Assembly (NCBI GenBank): GCA_043228905.1
Contig: JBHGNT010000018.1
Span: forward strand, 13,144,001 to 13,208,000
Origin: Azolla caroliniana
Taxonomy: Eukaryota > Plantae > Polypodiophyta
Length of the DNA stretch: 64,000 bases
Reading direction: 5' to 3'
Position numbers and translations under genes: made by a program. Under the pieces are notes generated by a model. It was not told the origin of the DNA. It saw only the letters and a list, made by a program, of their open reading frames with translations, and did not search any database. Below are positions 51,641-64,000 of this stretch, piece by piece (the stretch's first letter is position 1; each line of letters opens with the position of its first letter).

Positions 51641-54580
51641 ATGCACGGGACTCGAGAAAAGGCGGCAAGAATGGGAGCACAAAACCTTCGCATAACAGAG
51701 TCTCTCTCATTTCGCGAACACAGAGCACTTAGCACACAAAGGTGGATACAAGTGATTAGGCGAATGCCAGAAGCTACCATGGGCACATCAAAGCTCTCCA
51801 CCACCACCGAAACAAAGGACACGTTGGACCCCATGGCGCTTTCCAGGACGGCCAAGAAATGGTTCACGCAACATGGCTTGGAGGGCTTCCTACAGATAGC
51901 AGAGGCACCTCCGCACAAAGAAACGGAAAAGGTCGCGAAGAAGATCGACCTAGAAGTAATCACGGAGGAGGCCATCTGCACCTTAATCGGATTGCCAGAG
52001 GGAGGGATCTACTCCATTGAGAATCCTTCCCTAGAGACGATGACGAAGTTCTTCGGGGAGTATTCCCTGGCCAGCAAAGCGTACCAGACACAGGGCGGCG
52101 ATGACGCCTTGTTCCGAGAAGTAGCTCGTGTGCTCCACAAGTATGGGTTTGTGCACCCCCCACCCCAAGCAATGCCAAAGAGCAAAGTCGGATTCATCAT
52201 CGCCACATACGAAGGGGTAAAGGTGGATTGGTACGTAATCATCAGTGATTGTTTGCAAGCGGCCATACAATCGGTGGTAGACGGCAAGAAGGTGTGGACA
52301 ACAGTGGCTCAATGGCTCACTCTCCAGGTACCGATGGTGCTGATATTAAAAGCAAAGACGCGGGGCCGAATGGCCGATACAACGCAAACAACCATCGAAG
52401 CGGCAACAACTCCATGCCAAGCACACGCCCGGTTGGAGAGAGGGTGATTCATCATAGAAAGGGAAGGAGCAGCCCAGTCGAAAGAGGCAGGCGGAGATAG
52501 AGGCACCAGTAGAGCAACCGGTTAGGCCTCTTAAAATCAAATTGCGCCAGCAAGAGCAAGAGCCGCCTAACGGGATAAACATGAGAACCCAAGAGGAGGA
52601 GGCGGAGGAAGAACCTGCCGACACTCCCCTACATCGCCGGAAGAGAAGCGACGTAGAGCAGAAGGGGGACGAATCGGGACTAGTAAAAGACAACACACTG
52701 ACACCCCGTTCCGAGGAACTATAGCCAACGAAGGAACCGGGGCTTGATCGGCCAGTAATGGCAAGGGAAGTACCAATATCACCGGGTCAATAGGCACAAC
52801 AAGAAACGGAGTTGCCGCTACAAACAACAATCCAACCAGGGTTTGTGGCGAGAGCAGAGCCAACACCGGAACCGGAACCGGTAAGGCAACAAGGCACCGG
52901 TAGTCAATGGCTACGATGGATCGGAGAACAGGTGGCCGGGGTTGTAAGCCAAATTGAAGCGAGAGAGAGAGTACAACGGGATCGGTTGTTCGCCACAACC
53001 AAAGAACTCGAGAAGGCCCATTCAAGGATCTGGAGCATGGAGGAAGAAATTGAGAAGGCCAAAGCAGACACGGCTAGACAGGTCAGTCAAGGGCCGACAA
53101 GACCAGAACAAGTGGCGCTAGTGACTGTGTAAACAGATAACACACCGGCAGCTCCTACAACATCGGACACAAGCATCACACGGGATCAAGAACTCTCCAC
53201 TCTCAGGGAAGAGTTAGAAACCCAGGAGGCCTTGAAGGCTAGAGAATGAGAGTAGAAGAAGGCAGCGGAGGAGTAGAAATGAAGACTCGAAGAAAATCTC
53301 CGGAAAAGTTGCCAATTAAATGAAGAAAAGGAGAAGTTGCTACAAGAGAAGGATAAGCTCTAGCGATCGGCGAAAACCGAAATGGAGCAGCTCAAAGAAG
53401 AACTCCGATAGCAGAAAGAACGGGAAGACCGCGCTCGACGCCAAATAAACCAAAAGCTGAAGCAGAAGACGGAGGATTTTGAACGACTACACCGGGATCA
53501 CAAGTATTTGGATGCGGAGCACAAGAAGTTGATGGCAGAAGGTGACCGGCAACAGGAGAAGCTAGGGGAACTCCAGAAGGAAGTCAACAGGGCGACGAAG
53601 GCATTGGCGGAAGAACGGACCAAGGTGGTCAACATGGCAAAGGCACTGGAAGAAGCGGCAAGGGACCGAATGGAGCTCACCCGGCAGCATTATGAGGAGA
53701 TGGAACAAGCAAAGATGGCGCTTAACAGAGTTCAGACCACTTATCAAACTAAATTCCTGGAATATGAGATGCAGGCACAGGCAACCGTGGGTCTGATAAA
53801 GAAGTTAAAGGAGGAAAAGCAGGTTGCGGAGGACAAATCCAAGACGGGGCTCGGCCAGATCCACGCCATTGTGCTGGCATGGAAAGAACGAACAAAGAGT
53901 ATGATTGGTAAAAGCTTAGTGCAATGGTGGTCAAAATAGGCACCACAAGCGGTGGAATTACAGACGCTGCAAGTGGATGTGGAAAACCGGAGAAAGGACG
54001 ATGATAACTTCTACAAGATGGATGCGGAAAGTATTGTAACCATCCTAGAGGAGTTGTCGGACGATTTCTTGTCCCTGGCAAGGGAACAATTGGCGACTGT
54101 AAGGCAGCTGGTAGAACAACTAGATGATGACCAGCTTGGTACTCAACTCCAGCTCGAGCGATACGAACGGGAGAGAAGACAGCAGATAGCATCGCAAATG
54201 TCGGCGGCAATTAACATCAGTGATGGAGAGCAATCTCTAGAGCAGCCACCAAATGTAGTCGGGACCGGAGGAGGCTAGCCAAACGCAGCCCCAATGGAAC
54301 AACCGGAAGAAGTCAGACCGGAGGAGGCAGACAAAGCCCCAGTACAGCAGGAGGAGGAGCCAAGGACGGAGGAGCCGGAGCCGGAGCCAGAAGCGCTGAG
54401 ACCAGTAGAGCCGGATACGGATAGAGTCTAAGAGGAAGAATAGGCCGGAGAGCAGGCCGAAGACCAACAACAACAACTACTACAACCGGAGGAGCAACAA
54501 CAGCAGCCGATGGAGCAACTATCCGATGAACCGTTGGAGCCCCTGGACCAGAGCATTCTGGACATTTTGGAAGATGAATG
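51641..54580 (+). pseudogene. 3' accessory ORF: globular N-terminal domain plus coiled coil, with many stops
   Basis: KKWFTQHGLEGFLQIAEAPPH..FREVARVL..YEGVKVDW is homologous to 43735-44340; the C-terminus is homologous to 31012-33213. Confidence 0.8.
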
Positions 54581-55330
54581 AAATGGCTAACCGTGGGTTC
54601 GGCGTACAATGTACTGTCCCACGAGCGTGCCATGTGTTGGACGATTAGGCCAGAGTATGAAACGGGAGTCAGTTTTGGGAGTTGTATTTAGATAATTTAT
54701 GATAATTATAAGATCATTATGATAATTATAAGATCGGAAAGGATCCGGAGATGCTATAATTGATGACGGATAATTAATAGAGAGATGTTGTGTCTTTACG
54801 TATTGTGTATCTTGTTAATACCGTTCTGTGCTTAATGTGATTATCATACGCGTGTATCAAGTTAATCATTCTGGATAGTGACTGGAAAGGATTGGTCTGA
54901 TATTACGGTCTGAACATTCCTTACCGTACCACCCCTTTGGTGAAGTGTTCTAAAGGGACACCCTGTCTTAGCAGCTTGTCCAGCCCGGTGACAACACGGT
55001 CACCTTCTGTCGATTCTAATTCTGCTCCAATTGCCTTATGTTGTGTAGTTTCTCTTCTCCGAGCACCAACAACTGTTTTGATTGGATCTGTTCCGATTCT
55101 GTGTCATTCAGTCGTTCTCGAAACTACACCCGTAGACTCGACACTTGGAAGTCAATCTATAGAACTACTTCTAGACCAAAAGCTAACTAGAATGGTGTCG
55201 ACCGAATACTTGTTTTAAAACTCATCCGATAAGCCCAACACTATGGAACTTCGTGTCCCAATCTATTCTATTTTCATTTACAATTTTCTTTAGGATTGTC
55301 TGCAACATCTTATTGGTCGATTCGGCCAAG

Positions 55331-56364
55331 CCATTAGCTTGTGGATAGTAGGGTGTACTCTTTTTATGGACTACGGCGTAAAAGTAGGTTAATCCATCAA
55401 TGAATTTATTAATAAAATGACCTCCCTAATCGCTAATTAGCTGGACTAGACAGCCATATCGATACCATATGTAGTCATAGAGAAACTTTACTGTTGACGC
55501 CACCGAATTGTCCAGTAGTACCTTCGCCTCAACCAATTTAGTGCAATAATCTGTGGCCACTATGATATAGAGATTTTTGGTCCATGCCACACCTGACTTG
55601 AAAGGCCTGACAAAATCTATTCCCCATTTCTGAAATGGCTCCAACGGTAATATCGGCCAATGTAGCATCCTTGCCTATTCCGCGGGTTGCTCCATCTCCT
55701 GGCACATGTCGCATTCCTTACAATATTTGATCGAGTCCTTAAGGGTGGTTGGCCACCATAGTCTATTGAGCCAAATTTTCTATGCAGTCGTGTCTCCTGC
55801 ATAGTGGCCACTGACTACTCCACAATGAGCATCTCGTAACACTGCAACTTTCTCGTTGCTTCGAACTGCCCGCCATTAGCTTGTGGATAGTAGGGTGTAG
55901 TCTTTTTATGGACTACGGCATAAAAGCAGGTTAATCCATCAATGACTTTATTAATAAAATGACCTCCCTCATAGAGAAACTTTACTGTTGACGCCACCGA
56001 ATTGTCCAGTAGTACCTTCGCCTCAACCAATTTAGTGCAATAATCTGTGGCCACTATGATATAGAGATTTTTGGTCCATGCCACACCTGACTTGAAAGGC
56101 CTGACAAAATCTATTCCCCATTTCTGAAATGGCTCCAACGGTAATATCGGCCAATGTAGCATCCTTGCCTGTTCCGCGGGTTGGCCCATCTCCTGGCACA
56201 TGTCACATTCCTTACAATATTTGATCGAGTCCTTAAGGGTGGTTGGCCACCATAGTCTATTGCGCCAAATTTTCTATGCAGTCGTGCCTCCTGCATAGTG
56301 GCCACTGACTACTCCACAATGAGCATCTCGTAACACTGCAACTTTCTCATTGCTTCGAACTGCC
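55331..56364 (-). repeat. Tandem duplication of about 540 bp of the integrase core
   Basis: ORFs 55426-55668 and 55815-56201 encode identical peptides; junction cgaactgcc|cgccattagc near 55870. Confidence 0.9.
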
Positions 56365-56475
56365 CTTCGCCAAAGTCCAATGACTCCTTTGTGGTATAGG
56401 GTGTCCTGAACCAGGCAGAAATGTCGACTTCGGACCGTCAACCGTTTCTGTTCATCGTGAACCATGCCTTCCAGT

Positions 56476-59391
56476 TGCCAAAACCAAGAATAAAAGATAG
56501 AGTGATGGAAGAAGGATATAAGAGAACACGAGAAGAAATGAACAAAATGCTAAGAGAAGAATGGGTGTACAAAGTTAGAGAAAGAAAGAGAATGGATACA
56601 AGATATGTAATGAGAGCTAAAGACTGATGTTGATTCGAATTGATTTTAGAATACATGTATACCCTTATTTATAGGTTCCTATAGAATAGCTTAGAGATTT
56701 CTATAATGTTCTAGAATGTTCAAGACCTAGAATGTTCTAGGACATTCTAGAACATTCTAGAATGTTCTAGGGTTTTTACAATAATCAATGTAATACAAAA
56801 AGTAGCATTTACCCTCTCATATGACAATAAGCTACTTTAATGGTTGAGGTTTTCAATTATGGATTACAATGTTCGAGGTTCAAGTCCGGGTGACGCCATA
56901 ATGGTCATGTTTTCATGACACTATCCCTCCTTCAAGAACGTTGAGTGGAAGTCGGTGTTAACATTGTAGGGCCAGGTTTGTTTGGATAGTGGCGATGGAA
57001 GTCATCGACAATAGCTTGAGCATTACAAATGTTATCGACAGGTTCCCAAGTGCGATCACTTAGAGGATAGCCAAGCCAATCAACTAGATAATAAAGCTTA
57101 TTACGCACAATCTAAGAATCAATTCATATTCAGGGCCGTCAACCAGTTAGACAGAAGGCGGTGGTGGTACGGCATGATTAGGAATTAAAGAGGTGTGGCA
57201 AGGTTCCAAAAGAGAGCTATGAAAGACTGGGTGAACCCGCATATGTGCAGGAAGGTCAAGACGAAATGTTGCATCATTAATCCGCATTGTGATGACAAAA
57301 GGACCTAAGCGTTGATAATCGACCTTAGCACACGGGCGGGTAGTCTTGATGTGACGACGAAGCAACTATACTCGGTCACCAACCTTAAAAGGAGACTTAA
57401 GACGATGCCGATCAGCATTGGTCTTATGGTGTGCTTGCACTTTTTGAAGATGTGAAGATAACTTAAACTGGATTTGTTGTAGTCGGTGGAGGTGATGCGC
57501 CACACTAGGGTTTCGTGACACCTCAGGAAGATCCAAGATACACCATCGAGGGTGGTTGCTAGTGTAGGCAAAGAAAGATGTAACTTTGGTAGAAGAGTGT
57601 ACCGTGTTGTTGTATGCAAACTCGGCAAGATGTAAAATATCACTCCAATCATCTTGTTGATAATTGATGAAGCATCGAAGATATTACTTGAGCGTTTGAT
57701 TTGTGTGCTTTGTTTGTCCGTCAGTTTGTGGATGATAAGCCGAAGAGAGTTTGCAGGAGATTTTGAGGCCTGCCCATAGGTGCTTCCAGAAGTGTGAGAT
57801 AAATTGAGGACCTCGATTGCTAATAATATCATTTGGGAGACCATGATGGCGAAACACCTCACGCATAATGAGATCTGCAGTTTCTTCACTACTAACATGG
57901 TCTTTACACACGGTACAAAATGTGTCATCTTTGTGAACCAATCCAATACTATTAAAATACTATCAAAGCCTTTGGAAGGTGGCAGATTCGTAATGAAATC
58001 CATAGAAATAGACTGCCACAGCTTGCTGGGAGGTGGTAATGGTTGTAGTAAGCCATAAGGATGATGCTTGGGTATTTTGGCGCAATAGCAGGTGTCACAT
58101 GTGCAAATGTAATCTTCGACAAATGTTTGCAAGTGAGGCCACCAAAACGAACGTTTCACCAACTCAATGGTCTTGGCAATACCAAAATGTCCAGCCATGG
58201 GGGCATCATGACAATGTTCTAACACTTGAAGTTGGGGTGATCCGTCAGGGACGTAAAGGAGATTCTTGTAGAAGAGTAAGCCATCTTGCCACTTAAGGTC
58301 TTGATAATGTTGAGATGACCCTTGCAATGTGGAGCAAGATGGACGACTTGAACCAATGTGGGCTAAGACATCCTTAGTGAAATCATCAGAGTGAGGTTGT
58401 TGCCAAATAGTGTCAAGAAGGCTAGAATCAAGTGGGATGGCATAAATTGTTGTTGCCTGTAGCTTTGATGGCCCGAGGAGAATCTTCTTTTGATTGTCAA
58501 AGACCAGATCTCCAGGTCAAAGAGCTAGATACGAACACCAAGACAAAGCATCTACTTTTCCTTGTTGTTTTCCGAGGCGAAAAATGATCTTGAAATCGAA
58601 ATGCGTTAGAAATTGCGCCCACCGAGCTTGTTGTCTATTTAATACTCAAGTTGTTTGAAAATATGTGAGATTTTTTTCATCACTATAAATGATAATCTGA
58701 TGAGGCGATCCTTCTAGAAAATGACACCATTGCTCGAATGAGTCGACCACAACTAGTAACTCCTTATTATGCACCTCATAGTTTATCTCTGAAACAGTAA
58801 ATTTTCTCGAGTGAAACACGACTGGATGAGTCTGCCCGTCCTTGCCTGGTTGTGATAGGATACTCCCCAATGCGAAGTCTGACGCATGCGCCTCAATATT
58901 AAATGACTTTTCGGGATCAATATGCGCTACAATAGGTGCTGATGTGAATGCCTCTTTTAGCTGAGTAAAAGCCTTGTTTGCTTTGATACTCCAACACAAT
59001 GCTTGAATAATTAGGTATGAATTTGATTATTTTCCGGGATTTCTTGGATATCTTTCTCATCATCTACCTAGATGATATGTTGATTTACTCTATCTTTTAT
59101 TCTTGGTTCTGACAGTTTGATTCGAATTGATTTAAGAATACATGTATACCCTTATTTATAGGTTCCTAAAGAATAGCTTAGAGATTTCTATAATGTTTTA
59201 GAATGTTCTAGGACATTCTAGAACATTCTAGAATGTTCTAGAGTTTTTACAATAATCAATGTAATATAAAAAGTAGCTTTTATCCTCTCATATGACAATA
59301 AGCTATTTTAATGGTTGAGGTTTTCAATTATGAATTACAAGGTTCGAGGTTCAAGTCTGGGTGACGCCATAATGGTCATGTGTTCATAACA
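56476..59391 (-). mobile_element. Tcn1-like chromovirus with gag, protease and most of RT deleted
   Basis: TSD CCAGT at 56471-56475 and 59392-59396; 3' LTR 56476-56920; partial 5' LTR ~59117-59391; PPT gaaggagggatag; classical chromodomain YYLVDWLGYP..TWEP; integrase and RNase H. Confidence 0.9.
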
Positions 59392-59911
59392 CCAGTGGCA
59401 GTCCAATACTCAGAAAATGTGTCATCTCGAGTATCCAATGGTCCTCTAGTGACTCCTTTGTATCGGTCGGGTTCCTTGCCTTCATACTAAACAACTGTCC
59501 ATTTGGAAAATCATCCTAGACATTGTCTCCTTCTTCATTGGATTCCAGATGGCTCAGGTAGTCCGCAATTGTGTGTTGCACTCCGAGCTGATTGTAGATG
59601 TTGAATTCAAATTCATGTAGTAGGAGAGTCCATCAGGCCAATTTTTCGGTTAGTGAGGTCTTTGACTCCAAGTATAGTAGTGTTGAATGGTCTACATGAA
59701 ATGAAAATTTCCAGCCCAATAACTTCCCGCTCAAGTACTACACCGGCCGGTACCAAATTTGCTCTCTCAACTACATCAGGGCGCTCCCAATTACTAGGTC
59801 TGATGCGTCCACGAACACATGGAAATCTTTGGACCAATCCAGGGCTTGGACGATCGAAGCCCGTGACAACATAACTTTTAGTGTCCTATATGCTTTGTCT
59901 TCCATGTCCGT

Positions 59912-62900
59912 TGTCGTGAAGATGCACGTGCATGTGTTGCTCGAACGGGACCACCGGGGTCTCTGACCAGGGAGGACATTTACCAAGTTATCGAGAAACA
60001 ATGTTACCCTTGACAAGATCAAAAGATTGATGATTATAAGAAGTACAATAAGAAGTATCAAAGATGAAAGAAGATGAACAATAGAAGTATAATTATAAGA
60101 ATAATTTTATATTGATGATGATGATGACGATGGTGATTATCACCTATTGAGCCCCCCGTTTACACAAGCCTTACGAGGGTTTTTATAGGTCTATCCACAA
60201 AACCATGGGCTTGGACCCATGGTTTTTGGGCACACAGTTTTTCTCGTGGCATGCACAAAACCATGGGCTTGGAACATGGTTTTGTGCACACGGTTTTGTA
60301 CGTTTGTTTTCTTATGCCTTTTGAATATGAAAAGAAATTTACATAACATCTAAAGTGCTTGGTAGTTGCCCTAATGGTAAGGTAAATGGCTTTTATCTTG
60401 GAGGTGCAAGGTTCAAATCTTGCTTGCTCCCCTCTATATGCACTCGAATGCCACTAGGCCCTAGGATCATTTTCATATTTATAATCGTTTGTGTAATGTG
60501 CGTGGAACTACACTATTTCACAATTTCTCCCATTGGACATGCACATCACGACATCCACCCTCACCAAACCGCACATCCTTCGGCATGTGCCAAGAAGAAA
60601 AGAGTGATGTGGTGGACTCAAAGGTTGTTGGCCTTTGATTTCTTTCTTTCTTACGCCTCGCCTACGTCAGCCTTTGTCCTCCATTTTGAACACATGCATT
60701 CCTTCCACCCGAACCATCATCGCCACCCGATCAACCATATCATTCGCTCGCTCTTCACATTGCCATGACCACTTGGCATAGACCCTTTTGCTCCTCCTGA
60801 GCGTAACCCTTCATGCATCATACATGTGTCGCCTTCATCCCGACCATCTCCTTGTTCATCAAACTTCCTCCGATCAGCCTTTCTCGTCTCATGCTTGTCT
60901 TTCCTCATGCTCACTAGCCTCAACCGGCTGTCGCGGCTCGTCTACTTCAACCTACGGGTAGGTCGGCTCAACTTCTGTCAGGATTGGTCTCGACCAATCA
61001 ACTTCTCGCTTGGTCGGCCTTCATCCAGATTTACATTCGGCCAAATCGGACTTAGAGGAATGGCTTCCATCTGGGTCGGCTTCCATCCGGGTTTCGGTTG
61101 GGTAGGGCCTAGTTGATCAGTTCTCGTCTGGGTCGGCTTCCATTCAGGTCGGAATACCAACCGCGTCATCTTCCATCCGGATTGTATTCCGGTTCTTCCT
61201 TTCTTGCCGCTCTCTGGCTCTTCATCTATCTCTATTGTAGCTTTGTTTTTGGCCTCCTTGTTGGCCACCATTCCACTGTATGCGCTGGCTTCGACCCTCA
61301 TCTCCTCGTCGCCACCTTCCATCTCTCCGGTCTTATGTTGGCTCTCAAACACAACTACCGAAGTCTCCGGAACCGGTGTGGAGGGATCCCTCATCTGTGG
61401 TCATTCACCTCGTCGTCCTCATCGCCGTTTCAGTCCTTCAATTTCCTTTCACCACCTTCCGTCTCTCCGGTCTCATGTTGGCAATCAGGCACAACTGCCG
61501 AAGTCTTAGGAACAATTGTGGGGAGAACCTCGACACCATCGGTCCCTGTCTTCTCATCCATAGCCATCTTTCGCTCAATGTTGTTATTCTCATTGTCTTC
61601 AATATTTGCTTCCCCACCACTTTCCGTCTATTGGGTTCTCATGTTGGCTCTAGGACACAACTACCCAAGTCTCTAGATCAAGTGTTGGGAAAGTCTCCAC
61701 ACAGTCATCCGCCGTGGACTCTTCCATAACCATCTACGACTCGATGTCGTTCCTCGTGGCTACCGCCTCAATCACGTCGACCTCGTACTCTTTACATCCC
61801 TTGATCACGAAAGCTTTCCTCATGCTTGCACCTTCATCACTCGATATTTTAGACACAACATGTGTTCCGAAATGCTCGTCCACTCTTAAAGCAGCATTTC
61901 CCACTCTCGAGTCTTCGGCTTTTCTCTTGATGGTCGTTCCTCCGTAAGTCGAGAAGGTAGCTTGTTTCACACCTTCTCCAGTGGTACTGTCGTACCAAAC
62001 CTGGGCCTTCATATTGGCCATATCATTAGTCTGCATTTGTCGGGATTTTGGCTCCATTCTAAGCTTCTCTTTGGCCTTGACTTGCACCTTTAAACTCTCA
62101 TATTTCTCCTTTACGAAGGCTTCTATGTCGAGAACTGACCTGTCTCCCCACTTCGAGCTCTCTTCCTTTAGTGGTGGCGCATTGTTGCATGTCGTTCCTC
62201 TTCGATCTTCCCTCATGGGTCATGACAATGTCGACAAGATTCCCATCTTCCTCTTGTCATGTTGCTGGCATACTCTTTCAACTTCAACCCAATTCTCGGT
62301 GAGGCCATTTGCTCCATAATTGTCTTCAAGTTGGATTCCAAGTGCCTTCCTTTCCTTTCGATCAACTGACTTTATGAACATAAGAACTTTACTCGCCCCC
62401 ACCAATCCTTGATCCCTCTTCGAGAGTTGAGCGAAGCGACACTCAAACTCAACAAATGCATGCATAGCACTCTGGTGGGTCTTCCTCAATGACAACCATT
62501 GGTCAAACTTGTATAGACCTCGTCCCTTCGGCTCTTCATGATCATATGCCTCTCGTAAAGCTTCTTCGAAGGACACCCACGAATCATGAGCTTTTTGAAG
62601 CTCTTTCATATCTTTGTAGATTGGTTCGGCCACCACTCGACAAAAGTACTCCAACCTCATTGCTTCATTCACACATCTTGAATCCATTTCGGCATTGTAG
62701 GCCTCTAGAAAATTTTGGACTTTGCCTCCGTTGAAATAGTCGACTCGCTCGACCATGCTTTCGATGGCTTGTTGGGCCGCATCTCTATCTTTTTTCCCTT
62801 ATCTTGAAAAATCCATTATCATCTTTGACATTGCCTCCATGAGATATTCCTCGTCCATCTTCATCCTCCCATGCCGCTCTTCACGTTGGGTTCACCAAAA

Positions 62901-63492
62901 GATGTCGCGAAGATGCGCATGCGTGTGTCGCTTGAACGGAACCACCGGGGTCTCTGACCAGGGAGGACATTTACCAAGTTATCGAGAAACAATGTTACCC
63001 TTGACAAGATCAAACGATTGATGATTATAAGAAGTACAATAAGAAGTATCAAAGATGAAAGAAGATGAACAATAGAAGTATAATTATAAGAAGAATTTTA
63101 TATTGATGATGATGATGACGATGGTGATTATCACCTATTGAGCCCCCCCGTTTACACAAGCCTTACGAGGGTTTTTATAGGTCTATCCATGCACAAAACC
63201 ATGGGCTTGGAACATGGTTTTGTGCACACGGTTTTGTACGGTTGTTTTCCTATGCCTTTTGAATATGAAAAGAAATTTACATAACATCTAAAGTACTTGG
63301 TAGTTGCCCTAATGGTAAGATAAATGTCTTTTATCTCGAAGGTGCAAGGTTCAAATCTTGCTTGCTCCCCTCTATATGCACTCGAATGCCACTAGGCCCT
63401 AGGATAATTTTCATATTTATAATCTTTTGTGTAATGTGAGTGGAACTACACTATTTCACAATTTCTCCCATTGGACACGCAACATCACGACA
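59912..63492 (-). mobile_element. Non-autonomous tRNA-Trp-primed LTR element (gag-like only), TSD CCGT; relative of 3794-8305
   Basis: LTRs at 59912-60553 and 62903-63492; PBS 62880-62897 (tggtgaacccaacgtgaa); PPT region ggatgtgcggtttggtgagggtgga; CCGT at 59908-59911 and 63493-63496. Confidence 0.93.
61734..62756 (-). pseudogene. Gag-like protein, broken
   Basis: FNGGKVQNFLEAYN..W..FEEALREAY resembles a retrotransposon gag domain; homologous to 4527-5687. Confidence 0.78.
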
Positions 63493-64000
63493 CCGTCCAT
63501 TGAAATGGTACTTGGTGCATTGTGGCCTGCAACGACGTTGCGAAGTCCGCCATGTATCTCTACATCCGGTTATGCCACCGGATTTGACCTAAAAATCAGG
63601 TTAGTGTTTTGGCATTCGTTGGGGCTACTGCCCCCAGGATAACCCTTACCTTATTTGGATCGACCAAAATCCCCTCCTTGCTCACAATATGCCCTAATAG
63701 CATGCCTCTTGTGACTCCGAATACACATTTGGCTGGATTCAAACTTAGTCGCGAAATTCGATATTTTTCTAGACACCTCCGAAGATGGCCCAGGTGTTTG
63801 TCTTTCTAGTTGTACACTACAAAATCATCAAGGAATACTTGCATGAATGCCAGAATATAATCGCTGAAAATCTCCATAATGATTCGTTGAAATGTTGTTG
63901 GTGTTGTCTTTAATCCGAACCATAGTATGAACCATACGTACCATACGTGTATTTGCATTCGAGCATGGTAAACACCCTCTGAGAATGGTAAATACCATAC

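Larger units (their letters stand above)
44786..54996 (+). mobile_element. Full-length but degenerate Athila/OTA-like Gypsy with a 3' accessory ORF
   Basis: LTRs at 44786-45224 and 54635-54996; PBS tggcgaccac 45231-45240 (probably tRNA-Arg); gag ~45330-47200; protease IVDGGSGVN; RT FLDDF 49000-49890; integrase PFQKWGLDFVGPF; accessory ORF 51641-54580; TSD not conserved (cgaat/cggtc). Confidence 0.9.
36540..64000 (-). mobile_element. Old Athila/OTA-like Gypsy forming the scaffold for four nested insertions; runs off the right edge
   Basis: RT 63497-64000, RNase H 59397-59907, integrase 55000-56470 and 44500-44785, accessory ORF 43296-44340 and 36540-38170; the host frame is rejoined across insertions (FQWTDMED, GLPLEG). 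Confidence 0.85.

Noticed and set aside
56700-56772. TCTAGA-rich inverted repeats as a MITE
   Set aside because: Present in both LTRs of the Tcn1-like element with no TSD, so it is an intrinsic LTR feature

Overview
This is eukaryotic, plant-type heterochromatic DNA. The window consists almost entirely of nested, mostly degenerate transposable elements, and I found no host gene. It holds Ty3/Gypsy chromoviruses, Athila/OTA-like Gypsy elements with a long 3' accessory ORF, three Ty1/Copia elements, non-autonomous tRNA-Trp-primed LTR elements and one TIR DNA transposon. The lineage mix suggests a non-seed land plant, which is an inference. Highlights: (1) A Sola2-like DNA transposon (12681-18371; GGG..CCC 25-bp TIRs, 4-bp TSD) carries a spliced transposase fragment and a convergent four-exon second gene of unknown function. 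A palindromic subterminal motif is amplified into a minisatellite inside the transposase intron. (2) An LTR family with TGTCG..GACA ends made the same 4-bp target duplication (ACGG/CCGT) in three independent insertions. (3) tRNA-like Pol III A/B-box modules sit inside the LTRs of several families. (4) One Gypsy family has a covarying hairpin plus CGTGCCATG in place of a polypurine tract. Coordinates were read by eye and no database searches were run.
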